A stretch of 63,954 nt of DNA, filler included, from Trypethelium eluteriae (lineage: Eukaryota): the NCBI GenBank assembly GCA_051942245.1. It is 3 parts of 3 records of this genome, joined end to end, with 100 filler letters (N's around TTAATTAATTAA, not from the genome) between each part and the next. Parts side by side here need not be neighbours in the genome. Positions count along the whole stretch, not along the records: positions 21,456 to 42,742 come from JAVECL010000475.1; 2 more parts are not named here. The stretch is one strand, 5' to 3'. This document shows positions 22,191 through 36,393 of the stretch, piece after piece (positions within the stretch are counted from its first letter, which is position 1; each line of letters begins with the position of its first letter). The notes beneath the pieces were generated by a model that saw only the letters and a list, made by a program, of their open reading frames with translations, had not been told where the DNA came from and did not search any database. The position numbers were made by a program, and so were the translations under genes.

Positions 22191-25100
22191 CTAGATTATG
22201 ACATTGAGAGTGTTCGTGGTGCCCTTGAGAAAGTCGCGGCGATAATCCGCAATCTCCTTGGCAACGATTTCAGCGTCCGAAGTACCCTTTTCGCGCAGTG
22301 CCTTAATTACGTTTCTCAACCCACTCGTCCACTCCTTTTTCTCTTCTTCATTGCGACCAGGATTCAGCGTGCCCATTTGGAGAAGAACTACGTCATCTGT
22401 AATGAGAATAGACGCCAGCGTTAGCCTCTGTAGAACATTGATATTGTGGGATTGTGAATGGGAAAGTTGAATAGAACTCAACAATAGCAATGATATTGTG
22501 ACATTGTGAATTGAAAAGTCGAATAGAACTGAACAATAGCAATGACTCATGTTTCAGAATCAATAGGGAGGGAAGGGAAAATGGCTTAGCTAGATTTTTT
22601 GAAACGCACCAGTCACCCCCATCTTGGCAAAATGCTGGTATTGGCAATGGGCATCGTTGCAGTGACCGCCTATAGCTTCAAACGGGCAGAGTTCCTTATT
22701 GACATCAATACGATGACTGTACGTCATTGAGCGGAAGCCACCAGCAATGCTGGTAGAGTACTGAGGATGGAAGCGGTAGGCTTTGAAGGCTTTGAGGGGG
22801 CTTTCATATGCAGTATACTTGTCTATCTCGGCGGGAGCAAGCTGGACCTAGAATTGAAATCAGTCTGATTACCATGCCTGTCTAGAGCATATTGCTGTAC
22901 TGACATCTTGCTCAATAGCCTGATAGTCCTCTCCGGTGGGTTGGAGTTCCAGTGCTAGATCGTCAGCACATCCTTCAATTTTGGGCTCATCCATGGCAAT
23001 TATATTCGAGGCCATATCGGCGTCAGACGATTCATCAATGTCCATTTCCACATCCTCGGATTCACTGCTATGACTTTGGGCACGTGGGAGGGCGGGCTCG
23101 TATACAGGTTCAGACGTAGATGGTCGGATTGGTAGTGCTGCGGTTTCGGGAAGAACGTCAGCAGGCTCATAGAAGTCGTCATCGTCGTCCTCATCATCAT
23201 CATCAGCGACGTCGGCAGCGGGCTTCCAGATAGCCGGTGCGCCAATGTCCTTGTCTGCCAGCGTTGTAGATGTTCCGACAGCAGCAGGGGCTCCAGATCT
23301 GGCTGCAGGCGTCACAGGATTGGATACCGCGTACAAATCAGATTCGTCATCTGAATTGGGCCCAGACGCCGGTGCATCGTCCATGACCTGGTGGTCATTG
23401 ACTTCTGTGCCTAACAGATTGGAGCTGGCAGCTGTCATCTGCTCCCTCCTTGACTCGCCTCCAACCCGCTCGATGACTGGCTCTGAGGCCTCATCTGCAG
23501 GAAGCAAGAAAGAAGGGGGAGGAGTAGGCTCTAGAACGCTTGCTGGTGCTTTAGAGCAAGCTTCAAGCTCTGCCTCAGAGGGCCGATTCTGCTCTGAAAA
23601 CGATCCCACATCTTGGCTCACGACTGGGAGGGTTTCATTCTCAGTTGCGTCTTCAATAGATCCATGATCGGACCGTAGCTCCACATGAGTAGTTACTGCA
23701 TCTGATACGTGAGGCTGCGCGACGACTGGAACACCCTCAGCAGCAGCGGGATTTTCCATGATGGTGTCAGTACTCGTCGATGCCGGAGAACTGATTATCT
23801 CGCGATCAGAATCGACGTCTGCATCTTCGTCAACAGGAAAAGATTGCTGGCTATGGGGGTTGAAAGACAAAGAATCAATGGATTCTAGCTCACTCATGAA
23901 GACGCCCTGATTTGGTGCCGCCGAATGTAGAGATGTGGGATCATCCCAATGATCGTCATCAGACAATCGGGTCCCATCATCACTTAGCTCTCCTTCTTCT
24001 GGGCTTTCCTTGCGATTTTCTCTGCCCCCTCTTATGGCATCACGGGTGGCATCTATAGTATGGCTGGGGGCTACAAGTGGTAGTGGACCACCTGGTGTAA
24101 GATCCATAGCCTTGGTCCTATCGTCCGGTGCCGGCTCATCCATTTCGCCCACGACTTGTTCCGTGTCTTCGGCAATCGAACTCTTGGATAGCGTTTGCCC
24201 TGGAGCTTGCGAGTCCACTGCCGGTGTAGACTGTACATCTGTTTCATAGTGAGCAAGTGTCTAACCGGAAACTCTGAGCTTTCGCCAACTCTTACCACTC
24301 TCTACTGGAATCTCCAACTCCCGCCGCTTGATAATCTCATCCCTCTTAGCCTGCATCTCCTCCTTCGGCATGCCTTCAGTGTCCACACCCAGGCTCTCAA
24401 GCTCAGCCGCCAAATCGGCATTCTCCTCATTTTCTCTCCGCGTTTGCTCCTCGATCTCTTCCATTTCCTTTCGTAGCTGTTCAAGCCTGGCTTTCTTCGC
24501 TTGGATGGCAGCACTCGAGTTGAAAAGTTTAGTCTGAATTTCTGCCCGTCGCTTTCTTTCCAATTCTGCCTGCGCCGCCAGTGTGGGGTTCGTAGCTTGT
24601 AGAGATGCATGAGGAGAAGATGGTATGCTGAGTGAATCAGTGTGGGTAGCTGGTACGTCCCTGACTACGTTCTGCTGTGTCTCCTCCCCCACGCCAACAA
24701 GCAGTGGTGGGCCTGACTGCGATAGAAGCCCTGATGATGACGGCATCTGAGTTACCAGGCCCTCAGCGTGTCGCTCCGCAAGCCCTGTGATCGGGTCACT
24801 TTGTATCTTGTTCAATACGGCAGCAGGCGAGGACGGTGGCAAATTGTCCGATTTGGGTTGCGGATTCCTTAGAGGTGATTGTGGACGGCTTGTCTCGGCC
24901 TTCTGTAGCTTCTTTCTCTGCTCCATCAACTCGATCTTTGCCTTCATCATTTTAATCTCGGCATTGTATTTGTCCAGTTCAACAGTGGGACGCGCAGAAC
25001 CAGGGGTGGCAGTCCCAGGTGTTTGAACAATTGGTGATACAGCAACGTCAGGACTGTTCAGACCCGTGTTCTGCCTACTTGCAGTAGGTCGAGGTGGAAA

Positions 25101-27298
25101 GTCAGGAAGTCGGGAAACACCACGGACAGCAGCCTTGCTCGTTTCTGCTGTCTTGGGTACCACCACGGTTGGGGTCGACGTCGCCTTATCTTCAAGTGCA
25201 ACGCCAGCATTTTCGTCATCACTTTCATCATCACTGGCCTCGATGATGATAGGTTCAGCCATCTCCTCGCTTCGAGGTTGCCCGAAAGGCTTCTTGGCTA
25301 CAGGTAGGGGAATAGCATCATCAAAGTCGGATGCGACAGGTCGCTTTCGGGCCGTACTTGCTAGAGGAGCTAAACTACTTTCTGATGATTGAGTGACGGC
25401 TGTCTGACGAGCTGATGTCGTGCCCTGAGGCGTCGACACCAAAGTTAGACCAGGTATCCCAGCTGGCGTGGAAGGCGATACTTCTTGGTGAGCTTTCGGT
25501 TTGCTCTTGTTCAATGCTTCAATTCTGAGCCGCGCCAGTTCGGTTTGTGCTTCTCTTTTCTTTTGTGCGGCCGCTGCAGCTTCCTCTTTGGCTGTCGTAT
25601 TCGTGGTCTCCGATGCTTCAAACGCGTCATCAGGTAAATTCGTGATCGTGGCTCCCTCAGAGCGAGCAGGCACGGGTTGTGTTGGCGTTGTTTTCGACTT
25701 TTCAAAGTGATCTTTTGTTGCTGCTGCTGGAGACTTTTCAGATTCACTAGGCTTGCTGGCCCTAGCGGCTTTAAGTCGAGCTATATAATCAGCTCTCGAT
25801 GTAGTTGCGGTGGATTTCTCATTCACACTTATTGATGGAGCGGGTTGTGCTTGAGCTGTGACCGGTTTCGCGATCTCCGGCGGAGGTCCGAAAGACTTTT
25901 GGATAGCTTCATCAGAAGTAGTGGCTTCAATAGTGCCATTGGGAAATGGAGAGGTTTTCGGTTGGTGGGTATCGGAGCCAGGAGCAGTGATTTTCTGGGG
26001 TCCATTTGCCTCTTCAACTTGATGATTGATTACGGATGGTGTGAGTTCTACTTGAGGTGGCTTCAAAGCTGGTGGAGTTCGCGTAGGTATTCTTTCTTCG
26101 GTTGGTATCTTTGGAGCCATGTTCGAGGTTGATTGATCGAGATCAGAAATACCTAGCTCAGCATAGAATGCCTTTAGCCTGTCCAAAGCTACGTTTTCCC
26201 GTGCGAGCTCAGGATAACCTATGTCATGGTCATGCAGTAACGCGACAAAAGCTTTGGCTCGTTGTTTCTTGGAGTCAAGAGATGTCGCATGGCTATCCTC
26301 CGGTGAGAAGCCCTGCGACGATGTCGCGTCGAGTGGATTGGCCACCGGTTTACCATCAGTCCAGGCCGAGCTTTCCAACTTACTCTCACGGAAAATTCGA
26401 TCTGAGGCTCCGGCCTCTGAAGCGCCTAGGATGATCTTTCAGTATGTCAAGATGCACGATTTGGGTGTGGCTTACTTTTCTGAGAGTCGTGAGAAATATC
26501 CATAGCGGTACCATGGGGTGGATTCGAATGATGTGAGTAGGCTGTAGCTTGCGCGTGGGTCACAGGGTCTAGAGTACGTGTGATTCGTGCAGCTGTAGCT
26601 TGCAGAGATTCGTCTACTGCTCCCGAAGGAGTATGAGAAGTCTCTGTAGACTCAACAGGATGCTTCCCATCTCCGCCAATCTCTTGTTGGCGTACGACGG
26701 AGGGCTCTGCTGGTTCCTGCATGATACTACTGAAATCTGGCCTGTATGCATTATTTTCAGGAAAATTTGCCTGCCCCTGTGTATGCTTCACTCCATTTTC
26801 AGACTCAAATCCTCTATCCTCATTGTCACGACGCGTTAGATCAGGAACCTCCTGTGGAGTGCTCTGCGATGTCATTCGGGGAAAGCCGTAGCTTGGTGAA
26901 TACCCGCCTATCTGCACAGGTGCTTGCTCTGAATACCCATAATTCGGCGGCAGAGCAATGGGAGGCTGTGGCTGCATTGACCTTGCCTGTTGCATCTTCG
27001 TCGATTGGTATTGAGGCTGCTGATATTGATACTGATACTGCGACTGAGGCGGTGCTCCATACGGAGGTTGTAGAGAGCCATTTTGAAAATGGGCGAGGAA
27101 TTGCTGATACTGAGGAGCATTCTGGCCGATGGCCTGGGGGTTTACAGGTGGAAGAGTTTGGTTCTGATAGTATGCGCCATTTGGCTGTGGGGGCGGCTGC
27201 TGTCCATTTGTATAGAATGGAGGTCTTTGGCCTTGAGGTCCCTGCGGATAGCCGTACTGCAGACCATGTGGAGGTTGCGAGGGATGGTAGTATGACAT
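22191..27298 (-). CDS. red1: Red1/ZFC3H1-like zf-C3H1 protein (MTREC/NURS/PAXT exosome adaptor), ~1576 aa, 5 exons
   Basis: Exons 27298-26476, 26425-24296, 24238-22905, 22847-22610, 22396-22191, all phase-compatible. Exon 4 encodes YESPLKAFKAYRFHP...RSMTYSHRID...LCPFEAIGGHCNDAHCQYQHF (zf-C3H1). Preceded by a long disordered and coiled-coil region. Confidence 0.85.
22439..22542. repeat. 52-bp tandem duplication inside the last intron of the Red1-like gene
   Basis: tgatattgtg...gaatagaact(c/g)aacaatagcaa at 22439-22490 and 22491-22542. Confidence 0.88.
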
Positions 27299-27988
27299 GG
27301 CGCGACTATGTTGACACACTGAGTCCCCAGAGATACAGTCCTGGACGTTAGCGGCTTGACTGGTCACGACGCAGAACTTCCACTACACGAAACGGATAGA
27401 GAGTGTGAGACTGCATGAGCTCAGAGAGACGAAAGAAATGAGAAGCAAGGAAAGCAGGAACTTGCTCGAGCGCAGGAGGTCCAGAGCAGACGACGAGCGG
27501 CAAATGCAAAGGAAATGAGCAGAGTACTCCCGAGCCTGCAAGTGCCCTGCGCGAGTCACGAAGTTGCTGCGATTTGCGCAACTTGGCTTGGCATACACCT
27601 GCGACAGATCAAAAAGTCGGAGGAGAGGAGCCAGCAAATCGTGCGGGTGGCGGGTTGCGGTGGTCGTAACAGACAGGAGAATTGTCGCCGTGGCGAGGTG
27701 AGGACCGCGACCGCATCCAGCCGTGCCAGGATTAACTACGCTATTCCCCTTGCGGATGTCTGTTTACACCTCGCGACTTCCGCGGTTCTTACCGTCCTAC
27801 TATACACAGTCACACACTCAACGTTGAGAACCATCTCCCCGACTTATCTCACGGTCATTATTGTACATATTCGAGGGTTTCCAAGCATCGTGTCGTTGAT
27901 TGACGATATCTTCCTATCTCCCTCGCGATGCGTAGCTGATGCGAGCCTTCCACGAGACCCTCCATACCGTCGCTACTAATAATTCACA

Positions 27989-30900
27989 ATGTCTGCCGCT
28001 CAGAATGGACCTCGGTGGCGCAACAGTCCATTTTCCCGCGATTCGGCCTCCCCTTCTCCAGCTCCATCTATCGGGCAAACAAGACCAAAATCCATGGTGC
28101 TATTGTCACCCTCAGAATCAAGACATACCGGTCACCTGCGAAGTGGATCTTCTTCTCTGGCACAGGAGGTAGGAGCAATTGCCAGCAACAGTTCCAAGCG
28201 AATGCGTTCTGGTTCCGGTAGAGGGACAACATTAAGCCCCGGAACATTCGCGCCGCAGTTCATCAAACTTGAAGATGCGCAGACAGACACAGAGCGAGTA
28301 CGAGGAATAGAAGGCGAGAATGACTTCTCCGGGAAACGTTATGTCTGGCTCAGAGACGAGAAAGTCGCATTTGTCAAAGGATGGATTTTGGAAGATCTGC
28401 CCGATGAGAGGCTATCGTGCCAACTTGAAGATGGTAGCCAACGAGAGGTGCATTCAGACGAGGTGGATAAGGTCAACCCGGCGAAATTTGACAAAGCAGA
28501 TGACATGGCAGAGCTGACACACCTCAATGAGCCCTCAGTCGTGCACAATCTATCAATGAGATACCAGGCGGATCTAATCTACACTTACTCCGGCCTTTTC
28601 CTTGTAGCGGTCAATCCATACTGTCCTTTGCCGATATATACAAGGGAATATATCAACATGTATCGAGGTCGGAGTAGGGAAGATACCAAGCCTCATATCT
28701 TTGCTATGGCAGACGAAGCATTCCGCAATCTGGTCGAAGAAGGTGAAAATCAAAGCATACTCGTCACGTAAGTAATGACAGAATGACCAACGCAATCTTC
28801 ATACGGGTGTTAACGAATAGTAGTGGTGAATCTGGCGCTGGAAAGACCGAAAACACGAAAAAGGTGATCCAGTACCTTGCAGCTGTTGCCACAACAGACA
28901 CTCCAAGAGCAAAATCAGGCGGACGTCAATTTTCAAACCTTTCGGAACAAATATTAAGAGCCAATCCCATTCTCGAGGCCTTCGGTAACGCGCAAACCGT
29001 GCGAAATAACAATTCTTCGCGGTTTGGTAAGTTCATTCGGATTGAGTTCACCAGGTCCGGACAAATTGCTGGCGCCTTCATTGATTGGTATCTGCTTGAA
29101 AAGTCTCGCGTGGTTCGAATCAACTCGAATGAGCGTAACTACCATGTATTTTACCAATTATTGCGCGGGGCTGATCGCCGGATGAAGGATGACTTTCTTC
29201 TCGCCAATATGGATATAGAAGACTTCGTCTACACCAAGAATGGCAATGATGTGATCACTGGCGTCTCTGATCAGGACGAATGGAACTGTCTTATCGAAGC
29301 ATTCCATATCATGGCTTTCTCTGACAAAGAGCAGACAGCCATTCTCCGAACTATGGCTGGTATTCTTCATCTTGGTAACGTCGAGATAGTCAAGGAGTCC
29401 CTTCGAGGAGATCAAGCAGCACTTGGATCAAACGCAATGAAACATGTCGAAAAATTCTGTCGACTTCTCGGTGTTGAAGTCGATCCGTTCCTAAAGGGCC
29501 TCCTCCACCCGCGTGTCAAGGCTGGAAGAGAATGGGTCGAGAAAGTCCAGACCCCAGAACAGGTCCGGTCGGCAATCGACGCACTCGCCAAGGGTATATA
29601 TGAGCGAAGCTTCGGTGATTTGGTCGATCGCATCAATCGTCAGCTCGACAGGAAGAACACGGTCGCTGAAGAATCACACTTCATTGGCGTTTTGGACATT
29701 GCTGGTTTCGAGATCTTCGACCACAATAGCTTTGAACAATTGTGCATCAATTATACCAATGAAAAACTGCAGCAATTCTTCAACCATCACATGTTCGTTC
29801 TCGAGCAAGAGGAATATGCTCGGGAACAGATTGAGTGGAAATTTATCGATTTTGGGAAGGATCTCCAACCTACCATTGATCTGATTGAACTACCCAACCC
29901 AATTGGCATTTTCTCGTGTCTGGACGAAGACAGTGTGATGCCCAAAGCCACCGACAAGACCTTCACCGAGAAACTCCACTCTCTATGGGACCGCAAGACA
30001 CTTAAATACAAACGGTCGCTCCTCAACCAAGGCTTTATGTTGACTCACTATGCTGCTGACGTAGAGTATTCCACAGATGGCTGGTTGGAGAAAAATAAGG
30101 ATCCCATCAACGATAACGTGACGCGCCTCCTCGCTGCTTCTGGTAACAAGCATATTGCCCAACTCTTCGCAGACTGCGCAGAACCCGACGAAGCCAGCGA
30201 AACTAACGTCCGTAGCCGCGTGAAGAAGGGCCTCTTCCGGACGGTTGCCCAGAGACACAAAGAGCAACTTTCGCAACTTATGGGACAACTACATTCAACT
30301 CATCCGCATTTTGTCCGCTGTATCCTACCGAATCACAAGAAGCGTCCTAAGCAATTCAGCGCGTCACTTGTCCTCGACCAGCTCCGCTGCAATGGTGTAT
30401 TAGAGGGCATTCGTATTGCGCGTACTGGCTTTCCTAACCGCTTGCCTTTCGCCGAATTTCGAGCTCGTTACGAAGTGCTCTGTAGCAACATGCCGAAAGG
30501 TTACGTGGAAGGTCAAGAAGCCGCCGCCATTATCCTCGAGAAGCTGAATCTGGACAAAGCTTTCTATCGAGTGGGTTTGACCAAGGTCTTCTTCCGCGCC
30601 GGTGTGCTTGCCGAACTCGAAGAACAGCGTGATGCGCTCATCTCCGAAATTATGAGCCGGTTTCAGAGTGTGGCAAGAGGTTTCACGCAAAGAAGGATCG
30701 CAAACAAGAGGCTTTATCGAGCAGAAGCAACGCGAATCATCCAGAGGAACATGTTGGTGTACGGGGAACTTCAAGCGAGTCCGTGGTGGCGGCTATTTGT
30801 GCGGATGAGACCACTTTTGGGTGCCACAATGCAGGCAAATGAAGTCAAGAAACGCGATGAAATGATCCAGAAGATGCAAGCAGAGAAACAAGCGCAGATC

Positions 30901-33900
30901 GAAGACCAACAACGTATCGAAGATGAACGAAGGAGGACTGAGACTGAACTGCAGAGAATGGAGCAGACATTAGAGAGTGAACGTGCCTTGGCACTTGACA
31001 AGGAGGAGATCTTCAAGAGGCTGCAGGAGCGAGAGTCCGAGTTGGGGGAAAAGCTGGCCGGTGCGCTCGAAGATCAAGAAAGCCTTGAACAGCAACTGGA
31101 TGAACTGATGGAGGCGAAGAAGAACGCGGAAGAGGAGCTCTCCAAACGCATCACTCAACTGGAGCAAGCAGGCTTGATCATCTCAAAACTTGAAGCTGAC
31201 AAGGGTGATCTTGCAGCTCGAGTCGCCGAGCTTGAAGAACAAATGGAGGATCTACAGAATTCGAAGAACCGGAGGAGTGAGGAAGAGGATCGCCTGAATC
31301 AAGAGATCAGAATGCTTAAAAGTCAAGTCGGATTGAAAGAGCGCAAGCTAGAAGAACTCGAAAAGAAACTGCTGAAGTCGGACCAAGATCTGGACATCAA
31401 GCTGGCTGCCTCAGAAAAAGAACTCCAAGGATCGCGAAAGCAAGTCAAAGAACTGCTCGACGAAAACAGACAAATTCGTCAGCAAATGTCAGAGCTCTCT
31501 TCCACATCCACAAGCTTCGAAGATGTCATTCGACGCAAAGAAAGTGAACTTGCTATCTTGAAGGCTGATGCGAAGAAATATGAGGGTGATCGACAGAGCT
31601 TTGAGCTCGAGAAGAAGACTCTTGGTTCAAAGCACGACAGCATTCAACGACGGTTGCGTGAAGTCCAGGCCGAAACTGAAGGCCTCCGAGCACAAAAGTC
31701 TCAGTTAGAACGAGAGGTCGCTGATGCCAAGCGTATGATTCAGGATCGAACCACTGAGAATGAAGAACGTAAGATGCTTGAAAGCCAGGTTGGAGACCTC
31801 AGATCACAGCTCGTGCAAATGCAGACCGAGCTCAGTCGTGAGCGCCAATCTAGGGATGACGTGCAAATGCTCGGTGACCACAACCTGGCCAATCTGAAAC
31901 GCGAGTATGAATCCCTGAACGAAGCCAAGATCATTATCGAGAAAGAGATGTATGTCCAGCAGGACGTCCTTCGCCGCGCGACGGAGGCACGTACAGCGGC
32001 TGAAGGGGAGCGTAAGGAGTTTCAAAATGAGCTACGCGGTCTGCGAGACAAATTCTTGGAGCTTCAACAAGCTAAGCTTGATGCTGAAGCTATTGTTGAG
32101 GAGCGACTTACACGTCAAGCATCGGAGCGACACGCGATGGTTCAGAAAGATCTCAACACCAAAGAGAGGCAATTAGCAGATGCTGAGAATGAGAGATCAA
32201 GGCTTACCGGTGAGGTTCAGAAGCTCAAGCAAGTCATTACAGACTCAGACCTATACAAGCTTCGTCACGACCAAGACAAAGAGCGGCTAGAACGTGAGCT
32301 AGTTACCATCAAGGGTCGTTTGACTGCCTCGGAGAACGATAATCGCGCATTGCTCAATAAGGTTCAACAGAAGAACCTTGATATCGCAAGGTCAAATTCC
32401 AGAGCATCTGATTCTCAACGGTCTCGCCTCGCGCAGTTGACCACAGAAAAAGCTAAAACGGACGAAGAGAATAAAAAGCTTCTCCGACAACTGGAAGACT
32501 CTCAACTTACCATCACGTCATTAGAAAAACAAAAGGAGAAATTGTCTCTGAACTTGGAGGATCTCAATCATGAGATCAACAGGGAGCACAAGACAACGCG
32601 CAACGCCGAGAAGTCTTCTTCGACCGTGAATCTTCAACTTGCTGAGGCGAACAGAAAGCTCGAGACCGAGAGACAACTTCGCAACCAGGCTCAGACTAAT
32701 TCTCGCACCATCCAAAGCGCCCTCGACAATGCAAACAATGAACTTTCGGACTGCCACAACCAGCTCATGCTCTTACAAAAGGTGTTCAGTCCGGATACTA
32801 ACAAGGATTTCCCTGAGACTTTTGAAGCGGTCAAGACCGATATTTCGAAGACAGTAAACCTCGCGCAAAAGTTGGAGAATTCTCAACAAGAGTTGCGTCG
32901 TGCATCGGAGCGCGCTTCACGTGCTGAAGGACAATTAGATGACCTTCGAGAACGATTCCAGGACGATCTGACTGAGATCGAGAACCGTCATGGCAATTCC
33001 AAGCGCGCCTTACTGGAAGAGATGAATGCAAATCAGGTCAACAGCCGTCAGCAATCTCCAGTCCATGTACGTAGAGACTGGGAGAACAAGAAAGTCTATA
33101 CTCCTACAGGGACGCCAACCCGTCGTCACATCTCCGAAGCCACTCACGATTCAGCGCGGTCTGATCGAACTGTTGATACAGTCTCTTACAACAACCGTAT
33201 GGACATGGCTGCCGAGCTCGAGATGGTGCAGAATCAGCTTCAGATGTCTGAGATGCGTAACCGTCATCTTCAGTCCCAAATCGACCGGTCGCCTTCCAAG
33301 CCATCATGGCAGGACGACTCCCCATCTGTCCGCCGTGTACAGAAGCTGGAGCGCGAGAACTCGCGCCTACACGACATGCTCGACGATTCAGCGAAGAAAG
33401 TCTCGAGTCTCGAGAACAGCATCCGCACAGGCCAGCTCTCGCTCCAAGAAGTCGCCACCAAGTCTCACGAAGAACTGTACGACCTCATCACCTCGCAGGA
33501 ATCCTCGCGTCGTTCCCTCCTCCAGGCCCATAACACCGCCGTCTCCGATCTCGCCGAAGCCAAAACCTCCTTCGACGACCTCAAACAATCCAAGGTCACG
33601 CTCGAAGTCGAGCTTCGTGATGCGCGATCCGAACTGGCCGACACGCTCTGCACACGTGACCAAGAAGAAGCCTCTCATGCCCAACTACTTCAGGAGTTCT
33701 CGGCCCTCCAGATTCGTCTTGATGGCGAGACCAGCGCACTCATGGACGCAGCTTCCAGCCTTAATCTCTACAAAGCCCGCGCTGACGAATACTTCTCGAA
33801 ACTAGAGACAGCGGAGCTTGCGGTGCTAAAGGCGTCACGGGCGGAGCAATTTGCTCGAACTCAAGCCCGCGAGACCGAGGAGGCGTGTGCGACGGCGCTA

Positions 33901-35383
33901 GCAGAGCGACAGAGTATGGAGGCTGCGATTGAGGAGCTGCAGCGTGGAGCGCAGCAAGCCGAGGAGCGAATTGAAGACCTTGGAGCGGACCTGGAAGGAG
34001 CGTTACAGGCGAAGCGGAGACTCCAGAATGAGTTGGAAGACTACCGCTCTCAGCGAGCGATCGATATCGAGGATCGAGAGACGGGCATGGAACAGACGAG
34101 GAAGAAGTATCAGGCTGAGCTCAGTGCGCTGTCGGGAGACTTGGATATCGAGCGAGAGAATGTGGTTGCAGTCAGGGAGGAGAATGGGAGGCTGAGGGAG
34201 GAGTTGGAGGAGTTGAGAGGAAAGTGGGATGACGAGGTGCTGAATTCGAGCTCGTGGGCCAAGGAGAAATCAAGACTGGAGATGACTTTGCAGGATATCG
34301 CGAATGCAAGGGATGAAGCAGTGAATGCGCATCATGATGCTCAGAGCAAGATCGTCAACTTGTTGTCGCAGGTCCGAGGACTGCGGACGGCTGTCGACGA
34401 AGCTAGCGCAGAGCGGGACAACCTCTTGAAAGAGAAGAAAGGATTAGAGACTAGACTTCAGGAAGCTGGTACTAGGCTTGAGGAACTAGCGCAGAGAGGA
34501 GACTCACCTGGACTCAGAAATGCAGCCGAGGTGGATCGTGAGCTGCTGGATTTGAAGTCTGGTCTGGCCCAGCAAGAGGATATCGCGGCCGCTGCTGTGG
34601 GCAAAATGCGAAGAGCGGAAGCTTTGGCCCAAGAAATCCAGAAGGATATTGTCGGCGAGAGGGAAATCAACGTCCAGTTGCACAAGGAGAAGGCCGGTCT
34701 GGAGCGTCAGGTCAAAGATCTACAGCTCAAATGTGTGGACCTCGAGACCAAGGGCTACAAGAGCGTCAGCGGAGACGTACGATTCTTGCATGGACGAATC
34801 CAAGAGGTAAGCGTCATTGAGCTCACCACCCATGATACTCATTCCTATCATTATCTTGACGAAGAAAATCTACTAATGTCCCGTCGTTGAACAGCTCGAA
34901 AAACAACTCGAATCAGAATCAACCCTCCGCGCCAACGAGTCTCGCACTCACCGGACCAGCGACCGCACCCTCAAAGACCTCAACGCCCAACTCGCCCGCA
35001 AAGACAAATCACTCAGCCAGCTCGCCTCTGACCTCGATGCCTCCCGCGCCAAGATCTCTCGTCTTCTCGCCAGTATCGACGAGCTCCAGCAGGAAGACTC
35101 CGCTGCGCAGCTCTCCGTCAAGCGCGCAGAGCGAGATTTAAGGGAAGAGAGAGAGAAAGGGCTGAGGTTAGAGAGAGAACTAGAAGGCTGGAAAGGATTG
35201 AGAATGGAAAGGGAGAGCGTGAGGAGGAGTGGGACGTTGGCGCCGTTGAGTGATGTGGACGTGAGGAGTAGACGCGGGAGTCTGCAGGTACCGAGGGACA
35301 GGGACAGAGAGGGAAGCGCAGTGCCAACTGAAGGGGCTGAGGGGAGGAATATACGGAAGTTTAGTGGGAATAGCTTTCTATGA
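27989..35383 (+). CDS. myo2: Class II myosin heavy chain (~2416 aa)
   Basis: Introns 28768-28823 and 34807-34894. SH3-like N-terminus (KVNPAKFDKADDMAELTHLNEPSV), P-loop GESGAGKT, switch I NNNSSRFGK, DIAGFE, IQ region and a long coiled-coil tail. Confidence 0.97.
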
Positions 35384-36393
35384 GGGACTCAGCAATGGGT
35401 GTAGCTGCGAGCCATTTGTATAATTAACATCTCTGTTTGCCCTTCCATCCCCGGGAGTGGTGGAGTAAGCAGCTGTTTTGGGGCACACGGGACCTGATAC
35501 TGGGTCGTCTGCATTAGCTGGGGTCTGTGAAGTCATGAAAACCAAGCCTTGACATCCTTTGTGTACTCTAATATGTTACTGTAGAGTAGAGCAAAATTCT
35601 GTAGGGGCGGCTCGAGAATCTCTTCGATTGCATGCCCTCCACGTCCGAGCTCAGTTGACTGGGATAGATTGTTTTCATTGGTGTTCAGGTAAGCTAGAGA
35701 ACTTTTCAGCCTCAGCTCCTCAAAATGTTTACTTACATGCATTAGATAATCCTACAATTCTGAAAGGGAGGGTCGCGATAGGGCGGGGCTACGCGTTAAA
35801 TCCGCAACCCGCGAATTGGAGTACTCTATCACCGGTGCAGATCCTTCCCTCACAACCGCTCAAATCTTCCAGACCAGCCACTTTACCGGTGACTAGACGA
35901 AGCCAGTGGGCCTTAAAGGATTTTGCGAATTAACTATGGTCTCATGATAATCCTCGATTCATTGAATGGCAGAGTCTTCTGCAGCGTCACGGCTGTCTGC
36001 CCAGCGAACAAACTCCAAACACCAACAAAGAGACCCATCGTCCAGAAGGGAAGCCCAGCTTCTCCAAATTCTAATCGCTATCCTATATCAAACCAGGTTG
36101 CGTGATATCAAGCCAGTCATGGGTTGCATCTTTAGAGAACTGGCGGCCTTAAAAACATCTTCGTCCGGTGTTATCAATACAGGATTTGCAACTATGACCT
36201 CCTACGGTTAGTGATCTTATTACACAGCTGGTTTTTACCTGCAAAGTCCGAATCGACCTAATCTATAGCCATGGATCAGATGTATTCGGGTAATGAATAA
36301 GCCCGCATGGAGCTGTCGTAAATCTGACTCTTTTTCGCATATATAAACCTTCATCCCCCTCGTTTGAAATGTCAATTGTCCAAAGCAGACAGC

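Noticed and set aside
21878..22542. Repeats as CRISPR array or LTR pair
   Set aside because: Eukaryotic context, only two copies each, no spacers, no TG...CA ends, no internal retroelement ORFs
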